Assembly (NCBI GenBank): GCA_973895155.1
Contig: OZ316898.1
Location: 19,045,292 to 19,109,291, forward strand
Length of the DNA: 64,000 nt
Reading direction: 5' to 3'
DNA from: Marsupella aquatica
Lineage: Eukaryota > Plantae > Marchantiophyta
The number at the start of each line of letters is the position of its first letter. Position 1 is the first letter of the stretch. Below are positions 24,681 to 38,104 of this stretch, piece by piece. The notes under the pieces were generated by a model. That model was not told the DNA's origin and ran no database searches. It saw only the letters and a list, made by a program, of their open reading frames with translations. The position numbers and the translations under genes are program-made.

Positions 24681-25179
24681 TGGGTTTGAGTGTCCCCTTT
24701 GTAATTAATAAGGTCATTCATATTGTCTGTACCACTTTGCATGGACATTGAGTAGAGTGATACTCTACTCTAAACATAATAAATGTCCACCAGCCCTGAA
24801 AGTATGAACAAGGCTCCTGTTCCTAGGTCATCACATATCAAAATTTGGTATTATAGGGTGTGCATAGGTAGTCACATATCAAAATGTGGAAGGGTGTGTA
24901 CTTATTGATCTAAATATATTTTTGAAGTTGCTATATGGTGAATCCACTTTTCACATTTTGTCTTATTCAGATTTTGTGTCCAATATTTTGATTTTAATGT
25001 GCCTTAAGAAGGTGAATCATTTGTATTAATTTGATTTTGAATTAACTTTTGGACCCCTTTTAATTTTAGTGGGGTTAGAGTATTTTGAATGTATCTGGCT
25101 CCCCTCATAAATGTTTAATCTTTCATTTTCAAATCATAAATGTTTAATCTTTCATTTTCAATCACTCTTTAGTGAATTC

Positions 25180-26227
25180 TCCGGATTCTTTCTTCCGGAG
25201 GGAAGGGCGCAGGTGGATGGCTTCAGGCCAATCCAGTCATTCCTCATTTGCGGATGTCTTCAACGGAGTTCTCCACAGCCATGCGTCTTCGTCTGGGGCT
25301 GCCCCACCCACTTCTTGCAGGTTTACCTCCTTCTTGCACTTGTGGGAAGCCTTGTGATGCCACAGGTGTCCATCTTCTTCGGTGCAGTTTGGGAGGTGAA
25401 ACCATTATTGTTCACGACGCTGTGCGAGATGCGACTGCTCAGGTTCTCTCTGGCTCTTTGGTATGCGTGCGGCGGGAGGTGGTACTCGAGTTACCTGGTC
25501 CTCCATCACAGCGGTTACGGGTGGATCTTACCATGGTCCGTGAGGGTCAACGTACTTTGGCAGATGTTGTGGTGGCAAACCCATTGCGCCAAGACATCAT
25601 TGGGACAGCGGCAACTACGGCAGGGGCAGCAGCGTCACGTGCGGCAACAACGATCGAAGGAGGCCAAATATGCTGCACGAGCTTCATCCGACAGCTTCCT
25701 CCCCCTTGCTGTGGAGCTATTTGGGCGTCTTCATCCTCAGTTTGATGGGCTTCTTCGGCAAGCTGCCCGGGATGTTCATGGCCGAATGGGTCCCACCGGA
25801 CCCCCGCTTTCTATTTTGACCACGCACTTTCGCCAACGCATTTCAGTCACCTTACAGCGTGCTCAAGCTCGGGCCATCTATCGTCGATCTCTTACAGTGG
25901 GTGCTAGTGTGCCTCCGCAGCGGCTAGCTCCCCTTGAGGATGTTCCAATCCCACTTGCCGATCTAGTTTTGACTCTTGATGTGGACCATTAGCTTTTTGC
26001 CACAATCGGTAGGAATGATGAGGACCTCGGTCCGCTTGGGTTAGTTTTAGTCTCTCTCTCTTTCTTGGTTTTTAGGGGTTCCCTATTGTTCATTTCTTAC
26101 TTTTAGTTACTCTTTCTTGGTGTTTAGTGGTTCCCTTTTGCTCACTTCTTTTTCGATTGGTTTTGTCCACTTGGGCCCTCTTTTGTTTGTTCATTTGTAC
26201 TCTGTTTGGTCCCTTTGTATATAAAAA
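25180..26227 (+). mobile_element. 5'-truncated non-LTR retrotransposon of the RLE type (CRE-like): Cys/His knuckle, restriction-like endonuclease and 3' UTR
   Basis: Reads GAGGWLQANP...RLRLG...CTCG...HLLRC...HDAVRD...RVDL...DVVV, then a frameshift at ~25650, then K..KY...FLPLAVELFG...RQRISVTLQRAQA. These are CRE/RLE clade motifs. It ends in TATATAAAAA. The flanks rejoin as the repeat seen uninterrupted at ~59200-59300. Confidence 0.8.
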
Positions 26228-27686
26228 GTGTGTATATTTTTTCTCATGAGAGTGAGAGAAATGAATTTAAACAATGTGAGCATGTGGTGTACTAAGTTCC
26301 CCTCATAGTGTCCTTTACAAAATTTATGGATTTAACTGAGTTACTCTGATTACCTAGAAGCAAGTGAAAATGTGTACTATATGTGCACAACTCTTTAGTA
26401 CCTTTGTACTTTCTTGGTCATAATGTGTTTTTCTTTGCATGTGTACTTATGGTTTTGTCTGTCCCCTAACTAATAGATATTAATTTCTTGACATATATTT
26501 CACATGTACCTATTTTTAATCATAAAATAAATTAAAAGAATTACATATCGTTACAAAACAAGAAAAGAGGCATGTTCTAGGATGTACATGCTATACCAAA
26601 ATGTGGAAGGGTGTGCACTCATTGATCTAAATAAAATAAGGGGGTTTATCATGATATGGACGGATGTCATACATTGTATATTTAGTTTGATGTGCAAAAA
26701 CCCGGACCCACCCTTGACACTTGCCCCTTCCCCCACTACAAACCCCCACCCCCTGGATGTATACATATATCATATTTTGATGTCAGTTAGCAGGACCCCC
26801 AGAAAGTAAGAACAATGCTGAATCCAATACAGACTGTACTGCCATTTGATTATGCTCACTTCAAATTTTTGTGTTGAATCAAAGTTCATTTGCTTTTTGT
26901 TTTTCCCAATCTTCACACATCATAAATTTATTTTTGGGGCCTTTGAACGCAATTATTATTTTCAGCAAAACATTGAAAATAACAGTCACTCCCACAATTG
27001 ACACATACTCTCCTCGCCATGAAAGTTGTACACTCAAGCTTCATTTAATGAGTCTTTTCAAACTTCCTTTTATCCCCAACAAGTATGACTTGTCCAGGAG
27101 GTTTCCCTACTCTCAGGTTTAATTGAAGAGACTATAGTTTTATCGTTTGTAATACTTATTGTAAAATTTTAAAATCAAACTAAAGTTCTTTCCTTGTTCT
27201 TTTCTCGTTAATTATCTTTTGTCATCTTATACAGATTTGGGCTCATTGCGTTTTTAATAGAAAGTGAATAATTTTGTACCGGAACGAAACGCTCGTACTG
27301 CGGTGATGCTACAAGCTCACCTGATGCGCTAGGTATACTATTCACTTTATATATATGATTTTTTTCTCATTTTCCACTATTTTATTTATTATGCTTTCAC
27401 TGCACATTGAACTGTTGCGCTCTTTTTGGCTCACAAGCAGAATCTTTAAAATAAAACACTAATTTTTTTTGGGTGATTTCTAGAATAGTTGCACTAAGTC
27501 AAATGAGGTGTAGGGTGTCCCCTACGTCTCCCCGTAGACCTGAGTCAAACATATCGTCTACCATATACTTTTGGAAGGAACCCTAACTACCCTAATCCCA
27601 TATGTTCAGGAGACTCATTTTTCACGTTTCACATAGGCTGGGCCCACTAGAGTCTTGGGACCGTGTGTTCAAAAGGGACTTGTGGC

Positions 27687-29337
27687 TTCTCCCTGTTGCC
27701 CAAAACTTCTCCCTGCCCACATAGTGACTTTAAGGAAGGACATTTTCTTGCTCGAGTCATAACTAGCGGACCATGCTAGCCCAAATACATAGGCTCCCCT
27801 ATACGCAACTTCCCAACTGTCACTACTATATACAATCATAGTCATACCTATAGTCTAGATACTAAAAATTATCGTTCCCATTCGTGCCAAAGGACCTTTA
27901 GCTTCGCCCTAAAAATTATCGTTCCCATTCGCACATAAGGAAGGACATTTTCTTGCTCTAGAGCCATCACTAGCTTACGACCATGCTAGCCCAAATACAT
28001 AGGCTCCCTATACGCCCCATGACTGTCACTACTTACAATTTATCATAGTCTTATTTATAGTCTAAATATTAAAAATTATTGTTCCCATTCCTGCAAAAGG
28101 GACCTTAGTTTAGCTTCTCCCGATCGCCCAGGACTTCTCCCTGCCCACATAGTGACTTTAAGGAAGGACATTTTCTTGCTCTAGAGCCATAACTAGCTTA
28201 GGACCATGCTAGCCCAAATACAAAGGATCCCCTATACGCAACTTCCCATGACTGTCACTACTCATAATGATACTCATACTTATAGTCTAGAAATTAAAAA
28301 TTATTGTTCCAATTCCCGCAAAAGGGACCTTTAGCTTCTCCCGGTAGCCCAGGACTGCCTGCCCACATATTGACTAAAGGAAGGACTAAAGGAAGGACAT
28401 TTTCTTGCTCTAGAGCCCTCACTAGCTTAGGACCATGCTAGCCCAAATACATAAGCTCCCCCATAGGCAACTTTCCATGACCGTCACTACTTACTGTAAT
28501 CATAGTCATACTTATAGTCTAGAAATTAAAAATTAATTTTCCCATTCGTGCAAAAGGGACCTTTAGCTTCTCCCTGTAGCCCAGAACTTCGATCTCCCCG
28601 CCCACATCTTACTATTAAAGCGTCAACTCAAGTCTACTTTTAAGAGCCTAAGTCTAGAGTGAAGACTCTAGACAGTAACTCTATGGCCATCATGTGCATG
28701 GGAGAAACTCATGACATGATATATATACATACTAGTTTTCCTTGATAATTTCTATATGCATTATGGTCCCACCACAACATATGTGCATTAAAAAATACTC
28801 ATGTGCACATAAAGGAGAAGGGTATATTATATATGACTATTAAAATGATGAATTTTTTTTATCATTTCATTAACCTTCAAAGAATATGGATAGAAAATAT
28901 ATTTTGATAATTTTTTATTGTACTCTCTACTATTTACGTTCAAAGAATGGGTAGTTGGGGCTAGTAGTGACTAAAGGAAGGACATTTTCTTGCTCTAGAG
29001 CCCTCACTAGCTTAGGACCATGCTAGTCCCAAATACATAGGCTTCCATATACGCAACTTCCCATGACTGTCGCTACTTACAATCATAGTCATACTTATAG
29101 TCTATGTATTAACAATTATTGTTCCCATTCCTGCAACAGGGGCCTTTAGCTTCTCCCGGTAGCCCAGTACTTCTCTCTGCCCACATAGTGACTTAAGGAA
29201 GGACATTTTCTTGCTCTAGAGCCATCACTGGCTTAGGACCATGCTAGCCCAAAATTTTGGCTCCCCTATACGCAGACTGTCACAACTGTCAAGCATAGTC
29301 TTATTTTTAGTCTAAATATTAAAAATTGTTGTTCCCA
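27687..29337. repeat. ~220-bp tandem satellite, ~6-7 copies, interrupted at ~28610-28965
   Basis: Recurring AAGGAAGGACATTTTCTTGCTCTAGAGCC...GACCATGCTAGCCCAAATACATAGGCTCC...GTTCCCATTC units. Confidence 0.9.
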
Positions 29338-30333
29338 GAGAACTCATGGCCTATGGTTCAGCTGGACCAAGTAGCTCATGAGGGGTAGACTTTGATGATG
29401 AACTATAGTATAGACCAGCCAGCCAATAACTTTTAATACTGTGCCCCCCTCTGGTCAGATTGGCTGCCAACCGACGCCTTTGAATCCATCTTAATTTTGA
29501 CACTTATGCTGTTTCCAAGTATGATCTGAATTGAGCGAGATAAGGTAGGTGTAGAGATGGCGGTTGCAGAGAACTTTAGCTTGAACCATGATTCTCCACA
29601 CTCATGGATTAAATTTCAGTTTTTAATCTCGTGTAAAATGTGCTATCTGAGAAAATTGCAACGCTTGGACGTAGGTTGCAAAAGTTCATCCAAGCTTATT
29701 AAGAAAGCTTGACATCCGTCAGACAGTTGTTTCCTAGTGAAGGGGTTTAATGGTCCTATTAATTGCCTGATCCAAAGCCACTTTCATAACAAACAAGGGA
29801 TTGAAATAATTATTCAAACTTGTCAGGTGGTGCACGCTCTTGCCTACATAAACTGTCACTCAAAAGATGTAGATTGATTCAGATGCCAAAGGCATGAACT
29901 TTTCTTCATAATCAAAAGTCTCAAACATGTAGTATCGTGGGGTAGGAAGAACTGCATTCTTGTTGCTCAAGAGCACTTTAAGATCCCTTCATTCTGAGCT
30001 TATTACTCTGCCTTCACTACCACGTTCTCAACTCGTCATGATTGCCTCGTTTTTATGTTCATGCTTCCTTTCTGCTGCAGCTGCCAAAACATGTGCTCTA
30101 GCTTCGGGAGATATGTGCACCCTTCGCTTTCAGACAGGAGAACCAAGCCTCTCCATATGAACACATTCGCTGCCATAGAATGCTATATATATAGCTTTAA
30201 GAATTGAAATAATCAGCGAGCCTACCCAAGATGATTGAGACGAAAGAGAAGTCTGATCCATTCTCAAATCATGGAAGCCGTGATGTCAAATTGTTAGCCG
30301 CTTGCTCTGCGCAACTGAGCACTCATGATATGG

Positions 30334-31587
30334 TTAGAAAACACCGGCGAAGAATTCGTCGATAAAGCTCGGAAGCAGGGATGACATAGCTGTATCGACC
30401 TCAGCTGAGCCACCGGAGCTCGAAAAAAACTCTTCTAAGAAATCCACCCCCATCTCGTCCATCGCATCGATTTGCGAAACATTCTGCTGCTCAACACATT
30501 GTTGTTGTTGTTCCTGTGGCGGTTGTAATTGCTGTTGCGGCTGTGATTGTGGTTGATGTGATCCCTGCACAACAATGAGTGCAGTATGATCTGGTTGAGG
30601 CGCGACTCCAGCTCCCGCCTGCTCTTCGCGTGGCATGATCTTGTCTTGACATTGAAGGCTAACAGATGGTTGGCTGCTGATTACAGACGACCGATTTCTG
30701 TCCAAAACACTCTGGCTTGCCCCACTAGCGGGGGCCTTATGCTGTTGTCGTGAATCCAGAATCTTGGCATTCACCTTGTCTGCGAGGAACGCATTGCTGG
30801 AGGATGATTCCCTAAAGGCCGCTGCGTTGGCCAACCTTGCTGGAAAATTCAGGAGGGCTTTAGAGCCGCGCATGGCCAAGGCTGCTTGATCGTAAACCAT
30901 GGCTGCTTGCTCTGCCGTATCAAAGGTCCCCAGCCATATCCTGGCCCCAGCCCGCTGCGAATCTCTGATCTCAGAAGCAAACTTACCCCACGGTCTTCGC
31001 CTCACGCCACGGTAGTGACGGCGTTGCGCCGGCCTTACCGGCAAAGGAGCTTGTTGCTGTTGCTGGATGGATGGAATTGCTACTGTTTTAGAGACCTTGC
31101 CCACAAGCTTGACAGGAGAAATGTCGTCTTCAGCTTGCGCTGAGGGCTCCTTCATGGACTCCAGCGGAGTTTGAGGTGAAACAACAGCTTCAGGGTGTGC
31201 ATTGTCTGGAGGCCAGCCTGTTGAGGTCGCCTGTTTGAAATTGCCATGATCACTGAGAATCCTACTACGCTTCCTGATCTCTAGTGACGATCCCGAAGAG
31301 ATTGGGAAACTTAGACTGGAGCTGGACAGAGACGAACCAGTTGATGGGGGAAAACTCTCCCACATCTGCTTGAGTTCATCTGACACCGTGCTCTCCGATC
31401 CGTCATTCTTCAACAAATCCCCCACTTTGCCCCTGATGGTCTCGCTCATTTTGTCACCCAAGCTTCTCTTCAACCTCTTCGCAATCAGCCACACTCCTCC
31501 CCGTCTCATGTTAGAGTTCGGAGGATAATCCATGAAGACTTTCCTCCCAAATGCAAACTCCTCAGTATCGACAACCGATACAGTCAT
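30334..31587 (-). CDS. AP2/ERF transcription factor, ERF subfamily (group IX-like), intronless
   Basis: AP2 domain [59 protein letters not shown] has the ERF-type Ala14/Asp19. The C-terminal [12 protein letters not shown] resembles the EDLL activation motif. The true start may be the ATG at 31449. Confidence 0.93.
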   Translation of the reverse strand: MTVSVVDTEEFAFGRKVFMDYPPNSNMRRGGVWLIAKRLKRSLGDKMSETIRGKVGDLLKNDGSESTVSDELKQMWESFPPSTGSSLSSSSLSFPISSGSSLEIRKRSRILSDHGNFKQATSTGWPPDNAHPEAVVSPQTPLESMKEPSAQAEDDISPVKLVGKVSKTVAIPSIQQQQQAPLPVRPAQRRHYRGVRRRPWGKFASEIRDSQRAGARIWLGTFDTAEQAAMVYDQAALAMRGSKALLNFPARLANAAAFRESSSSNAFLADKVNAKILDSRQQHKAPASGASQSVLDRNRSSVISSQPSVSLQCQDKIMPREEQAGAGVAPQPDHTALIVVQGSHQPQSQPQQQLQPPQEQQQQCVEQQNVSQIDAMDEMGVDFLEEFFSSSGGSAEVDTAMSSLLPSFIDEFFAGVF

Positions 31588-32456
31588 CCTCTATTCTTGT
31601 GGCAGTAATGCGTCCTTTCGAAAAGGGAAAGGAATCGAAACTGGGCTCGCACTAACGTTCACAGGCTCTGAGTAAATCGAGGTCGACGCCGAGCGAGCAG
31701 GACGACTTGGAAAGCTCCGATAGACTCTTGAATCGTCACTCGGCAGCAAATAATCCCACGAAGCCTAAACGTTCCTAAGCCTGCATTGACAGAGCAGCAT
31801 GCACATCTCCAATTTTGAACGCTTTGAACACTGCTTTGATGACAGATTTACTCTCAATCGTTCTTTCGAGACTTATTCCACCACTTCTGTGTGCTTCAAA
31901 CTATAAGTTCTTCATCGGTACTATGCTCTATAAATTATCCCGAATGAAGGTCCCTCACGTCCGTTATCATTTGGTTTTTTCAAACTCCCTTGGCACAAAC
32001 CTGTGGGCACGTTTTGATTTTGACGGTGCTTCGGAGCTGCCTTCCCACTTGATTTGTTCAGCACTTGAGTCATCATTTACACGTAAGCGTGAAGATCGAG
32101 GATGTTCGGTCCTACTGTGTAGATCTCGATTTGATCGTTCTGCAGGCATTCCCTGTGAGGACGTCGATAATGTTTGACTCAGCGGCTGCACGGGATTTTG
32201 CCCAGGGTCCAATGGGTCCATCTTCTTTACAAGATGCAGTCCAATCCCCTTGACTGGCCCAGAGTCACGTGACGCCATGAAGGTTCCTCTTCTCAAAACG
32301 CTCACAGTTCTGTCCTTCTACCTTTCGGAACTGCTACATAATCAATCACCTCCATTTGTTTATTATACGAAAGCACAGGATCTTACATTCTTCCGTCATC
32401 TTCGCCCCAAAATTCATTGCAAAAAGGAGAGCGTGGGACCCCAAATATACTCAAGA

Positions 32457-32509
32457 GTACGGAAAGTACATACAAGTACGAGAAGTACAATTATTGTACA
32501 ATTCAGTAC
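32457..32509. promoter_or_regulatory. Array of six GTAC motifs at ~10-bp spacing (SBP/SPL-binding, CuRE-like)
   Basis: GTAC starts at 32457, 32466, 32476, 32485, 32496 and 32506. The array lies ~90-140 bp upstream of a minus-strand TATAATA (32367-32361), on the 5' side of the ERF gene. Confidence 0.55.
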
Positions 32510-33625
32510 AGTCTCACCTAAAGATGGCTTGACTTTTCAGTTTGTTCAATAGTAATTTATTTATTTTGCTTTTGGTGGGACTGGGTTGTTTGGTCTTCCC
32601 AGTTTGCCTTTTTCCCCTTTGTTTGGGATCCTAGGTTTTCCCTTGTTTCTTTATTACACTTGGGTCACCTGTCTTTGGTGTAGTCTAAGTGTGGCGCTTT
32701 CTTCCACTTTTGACAAAGTTACATACTCAATGCCTTGCATGTCCAGGAGAGAAAAAGAAGTCAAAAAGAGGCTAAGATGTCAAGAAGAGATAAAAACTTG
32801 TGATGAGAGACAAAGATGTTGAGGAGAGTAAATTAAGGAAAAATGCAGGCGATACAAAAGAAATGTAGGTTAGGAAGGATACTTAGTTGTGTTATGTATA
32901 CATACAAGTGTTAAGGTGAAGCAAAGAGTTGAAAAAAAGACAACATTGTTGTCATTCCAATTTGTGTAGTCCTGTTTGTCAGCAAAAGTCATATCATTAA
33001 TAAGATTGGACATTTTTGTTGCAAAAATGTTATCATTTGGTCAATGTGATTGTTGAGAAGGGGCTCAGGAGTATCAAGAAATGGAGATGCCCATATCACT
33101 TTTGACCTCATAGTTCCCTAAACCTTCAGGGAAAAAAAAATATTGTGGAAAGTTTTTACCCCTATTCATTTGGAATATCCTTAAATCTTCCCAAATTGAT
33201 TTTCAAAAACCCTATCTTTTCTTATAAGTTTCAATTGGATTTAAACAGTCCATATGTTTTTAGTTTTCCCCCAATAAAACAACCTTATGTTTAGTTGCAC
33301 ATAATGCGCCACCTTTGCAGAATTAAGTGAAACCCCTGAGGGGAGGGCAAGTAAAGGCAAGTCAGGGCGCGGGTGCGGGGATGCAAGATGGTCATGGCAA
33401 CAGCAACTTGGCAGGGTCCAAACATGGTTGCACGAGAAGAGGGAGAACTGTTAAGAGAAATATTATTTTTCAAATGTTTCAAAATATTTTGTTCCCAAGT
33501 TTTCCTTTAATTCCCCTTTATTTTGACAGGCATGGTACTATAACGTATAGTGTCTGCACATGTACTGCAACACACTTAATATCGTGGCTACACATGTACT
33601 GTAGTAGCATAACTTGGGCCTTACG

Positions 33626-33734
33626 TGGTACCTTGAGGGCCCTGCTGATAATTCCCCCCGAGTAGATGAAGGTAGTCACTGGTACCTTGAGGGCCCTGCT
33701 GATAATCTCCCCAGAGTAGATGAAGGTAGTCACT
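33626..33734. repeat. ~54-bp tandem duplication
   Basis: TGGTACCTTGAGGGCCCTGCTGATAAT...GAGTAGATGAAGGTAGTCACT occurs twice. Confidence 0.9.
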
Positions 33735-34708
33735 TTTGAAGCTGCTATAATGGCCAATCCAACTTTCACATTTTGTCTTATTCTTGTGCCAAGTATTTTG
33801 ATTTTAATGTGCCTTAACAAGGTGAATCATTTGTATTAATTTGATTTTGAATTAACTTTTGGACCCCTTTTAATTTTAGTGAACTTATAGCATTTTGAAT
33901 GTACAGCTTTTTACTAACCTATCCCCCTAACTAGGCAAAATTCCTATCCTGCCCCCCAAACAGTTTTATTTGTCAGCTTGGCCCCCTTTCCGTATACGGG
34001 TTACTTTTAACTCATCATTGGGTTCCCGCTGCCACATGTCAAGTCGCAATTCAACGTCACTAACACTACAACACTACCGACCCCTTTTGCGAACCCCGTC
34101 CCATCGCAACTAACAAAGGACCAAATTATGAAATTCCGGCGTTTGCGAAACACTACGTATCGCAACCCTTTCGCATTCTTTGAAACCCACAGCTTCGCAA
34201 TCGGACTTTCGCAACCCCTTCGCAACACCTTTGCACACTGCGAAACTTATTTTATCGCACATAAATCACATTTATGCGATCTCGATAGACTCTTTATCGG
34301 TTTGCGACGCGCTCTGAACTATAACTTATTTGCGAAGCTGTTGTCTTGACAATTCCGTTGCCATTCATATGGTATCGCATAACTGCGTCAGTCAGGGTGT
34401 CGCACAATTGCGGAACCAAAAGTATCGCAATGTTCCAATACTCAATGTATGGCAAGTTTGCGATAGTATGGCGTTCGCATGTGTTTCGCAAGGATAGTTT
34501 GAGGGCTTGGTTTTGTATATTTGGGTTCATAATTGGGTTGGGGTCTTATTGCTCCACATGAAGATACCAAAACAAAACTTTATATATGCCAAAAATCCCT
34601 GAATGTACAAAAATTAGGGTTTTCTAAAACCCTATGGGGTATCAAATACCAAGACACTGTCCTTTGACTAATCCATATGCCATACGGAGTGAACTACATC
34701 TGCATCCT

Positions 34709-36749
34709 CTAGAATGGAGCCCGCCTACTCCTCTTTGCTGGCCTCTTCCCCTTGTCCTTCTTGCTTTGGGCGGGATGAGCTGGACGGGAGGGGGGTGGTG
34801 GGGGTGGTGGCGGTGGTGGTGGTGCCTGCTGCTCCTCCCCATCTGGCTCATCCTCATCATCATCCTCCTGGTCTCCTGGTGTGCTAGGTGTGGCAGCACT
34901 CCCTGCCCCTCTAGACCCACTCGTGGTGGCCCTAGTAGTGTCCCCATCATCAGCGCCGCTATCCTCCTCACTGCTATCCTCACTCCCCTCCTGCTCCTCC
35001 TTATCCTGCTTCCATGTCACAAGGTTAATTCGGGTTTAGGGTTAATAGGAAAAATGTATAAACCTTATAAATGGAATGGGTGCGGGTTTAGAAAGGGTAC
35101 TACAAATCACTCACACTAGCCAACTCTGCATCAACCAACTCAAAGAGATGTCTGGCCCCATGCTCTGCCCCTATCTCCATCTCCTTTGTTGTTATCTTGC
35201 GGCGGTACCTCTTATACTACCACAAAAAAATGAAACACCAAAACATAAGGGGCTCGGGTTAGTAACTAAGGGTACTTAAGCAAAAAAGGAATCCTAAAAA
35301 GGGTAAAAAGGGTACCCTAACCAGAAAAAAACCCCATTACCCTAACAAACATTTGTCACTCGACACTAAACGTTTTTCAAAATGAAACAAGTTTGCGAAA
35401 CTCCCATCTTCGCAAATTCAAATATATTTAAGTTTGCGAAATAAACTGCGAATTGGATTGCCTCGCAATGGCTTCGCAAACCTTACGGGAAAAAGGTTAT
35501 AATAGAGTTTGCGAAACAATTGCGAGGCAACCCGCTTCGCAATTGTTTCGCAAATTGTGCTTTAAAAAAAATCCGAGAAATGGCTAAGGCACACAATGTG
35601 TCAGGGTGACCTAAAACGAAAGGGGAGGCCATAAGGGGTAAAGCAGAGGTCTGCAAGGGGCATTGCAGGCAAGCAAACAACAATTGAAGGCGAAGGAAAA
35701 GAAGCAGGGGAGGAGGGGAGAGGACTCACGAAGGTTGCTTTCAGGCCGGGAAGTCCACCTTGCCCCATCTTGTGTGTGGTCTTGGGGCGTTTGCTGACTC
35801 GGTCTGCTGCAAGGATGAACTTCTGGGGTGGTGTCCCCACTTCATCCACGATGTGCTGCAGCTGAGAGACCTTCTCAGCCAATGCCTTGAGGTCTTTGTC
35901 TGACTTCCCGGCCTGAAGTGCCTTGGCCTCCTTCTCCTTCCAGAATTGGAGGTCCTTGGTTGCTTTCAGCTGCACCTCGACCTTATAGAACGCGTTCCAC
36001 ACATCCTCTGTGAATTGCACTGGCCTCCTCACGTTCCTATACTCCTGCAAGCTTGCCAGGTAGGCCCTCACCTTCCTCCTATCATGGTATCGTGCTTGAG
36101 ACATTGAATTCGAAATTCTATCTGCAAGCCACTGGTCATCAATCTCTGCTCCATTTCTGAATGAATCTTTGACCTGAGTCATTACTTTCCTCTGCTCTGC
36201 TCTGCTTAGTTTCCCCCACTCAACACCTCGTGCAAAGCTAGTCCTCACAGCAAGCCTGATAGTGCTCTTTGCCCCAGTGTAGGCCAACTCAGTAGGAATG
36301 CCCTCAACCAAGGCAATCAATGGCAGCTTCTTCCTCTCTTCCTCCTTTTTCCGCTGCGCCTCACGTTGTGCTCGAATCTCATCTCGTTCCTCCCTTCTCC
36401 TCTTCTTTTCGAGGGCTGCAGGAGAGAGTACTCCTGCCTTAGCCCTCTCCTCCTTCTTTCGTTTCTTCTCTCTGGCCTTCTCCTCAGCTGCAGCCTTTGC
36501 CTCTTTCTCCCTCTGAGCCTGCCCTGCTGCAACCCCGGTTTGCAAAGCTTGCCCTAGAATTGCACTCAAAGAAGCAATCCCAGCTGGTGTACTCAAATCC
36601 AAATGGCTCAGCTGTGTGGCATTGAGATGCTCGGCCATCAAATTCGTCCATTGATTACTCTCCTCATTCCTGTTCCCTCCATTGCCATTGCCACTCCCAC
36701 TCCCACTTGCCCTTGCCCCATCCCCTCCACGCCCTCCACTAGAATCCAT
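34709..36749 (-). CDS. CACTA ORF2 / TnpA-like protein (Ptta/En-Spm type), 3 exons, ~472 aa
   Basis: Exons are 36749-35730, 35216-35115 and 35005-34709, with phase-0 GT-AG introns (1419 nt). Motifs RPVQFTEDVWNAF and HKMGQGG resemble Transposase_24-type proteins. The C-terminus is acidic and Pro-rich with a basic NLS-like end (KKDKGKRPAKRSRR). Confidence 0.7.
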
Positions 36750-38104
36750 AGCTATCCAACACCAAGCGCGCGCAAGCTCTCCTCCTGCCCTCCCTCACTT
36801 CAAAAAACATCGAATGGGCCTTGTAACCCGACGGGAAGGTCCGAATGCCCAGACAAAACACATTTGCGACGCAGTCCGCATCGCAATTTGTGAATCAGCC
36901 CGCTTCGCAACTAGTATCTCAACTTTCCAAAACCAATGCGAAACCACACGCTTCACAAAGCTGCAGACACGTGAAAAAACGCTCTCGGGCTCTGTTTTTC
37001 CGAAGCTGTTGCGAAACATTTTGCTTCGCAAATAATGTGACCAAATTCTGAAGCAGGTTGCGAAACAGGTCGGTTCTCAATATCGTGGCAATTCCTGGCG
37101 AAATTGTTTTTCACATTCTTTCCCTCCTCCTTTTGTTTAGGCCATGTAAGTTATACTATGCCCTTTTGTGTAATTAAGAAATTCCGCCGTTTCAAATCCC
37201 GGCGTTTGTTAGGGTTGGGTCTTGGATGAAGCTGGTTTTTTTAGGGGTTAAAAGCGAGATTACCAGTCAAACCTTCCGTTTTTTAAGCTATACATGGTGT
37301 GGGTGTAGGCTAATTTTGATAAGAGTTGGGTTTTGGTTTAAAATTAATAAGTGAGGAAAGGGTTTAGGATTAAAGTTGGGTTTGGGTTTAGGGTTTAAGT
37401 CTTTAATTTTGGGTTTAAGCAGGGTTTGCATTTATGGTTGTAGGCTTTTAGGGTTCAAGCAAGGGTTTAGGGTTTAAAACAAAAGAGAGGAAGGGGATTG
37501 GGAGTGAGGGTCTAGGTTTTTGTAATAGGTCAGAGGTTTGGGGGTGAGGGTTTGGAAAAGGCAAAGCAAGGTTAGATGAGATTAATGTTTTAGTTGTTTT
37601 ACCATGGGTTTTATGGGTTTTAATGGGTTTTATGGATCTTTTGGGTTTTAATGGTTTTTCCATGGGTTTTATGCTAACAAAGGAGGAGGAGCTATGACAA
37701 CTTGCAGGGTGCGGCACTTTTGCATGAATTGATACTAGCTAATGCGTATGCATTGTATGAGCCCGGGCATCTGGAGGTACAGACTAAAATAGATGGGTCT
37801 AGTTAGGCTTATTCATGTAATTAAAATTTTTGGTTCCCACTATCTATAAAGAGGACATGTATGTAAGGTGTTCGCTTTGTGTACTTGCAGCTTTTCTCAT
37901 ACTTCCAGATTCGGTTCATTATTTTAGAGCCACAAGACCTATTGGCACCGCTGAGCCTGGGTCTCAGAAAGGTATTTTTTAGTGTTCCTTTTGTGTTTGG
38001 TTTCATGTCATCATTACTTGAGAACTTACATTTGTCCAGCTTGATATTGTGATGTTATTTGGTAATAACCCCTAACTTGCAAATTATACATCTTTGTAGG
38101 GGCA

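Noticed and set aside
34634-35119. 161-aa Trp/Leu-rich plus-strand ORF that looks like a membrane protein
   Set aside because: It is the antisense shadow of the acidic, Pro-rich last exon of the TnpA-like gene.
37200-37670. GGGTTTA-like runs as interstitial telomere
   Set aside because: The units are scattered and degenerate within the CACTA 5' intron or leader, not a tandem telomeric array.
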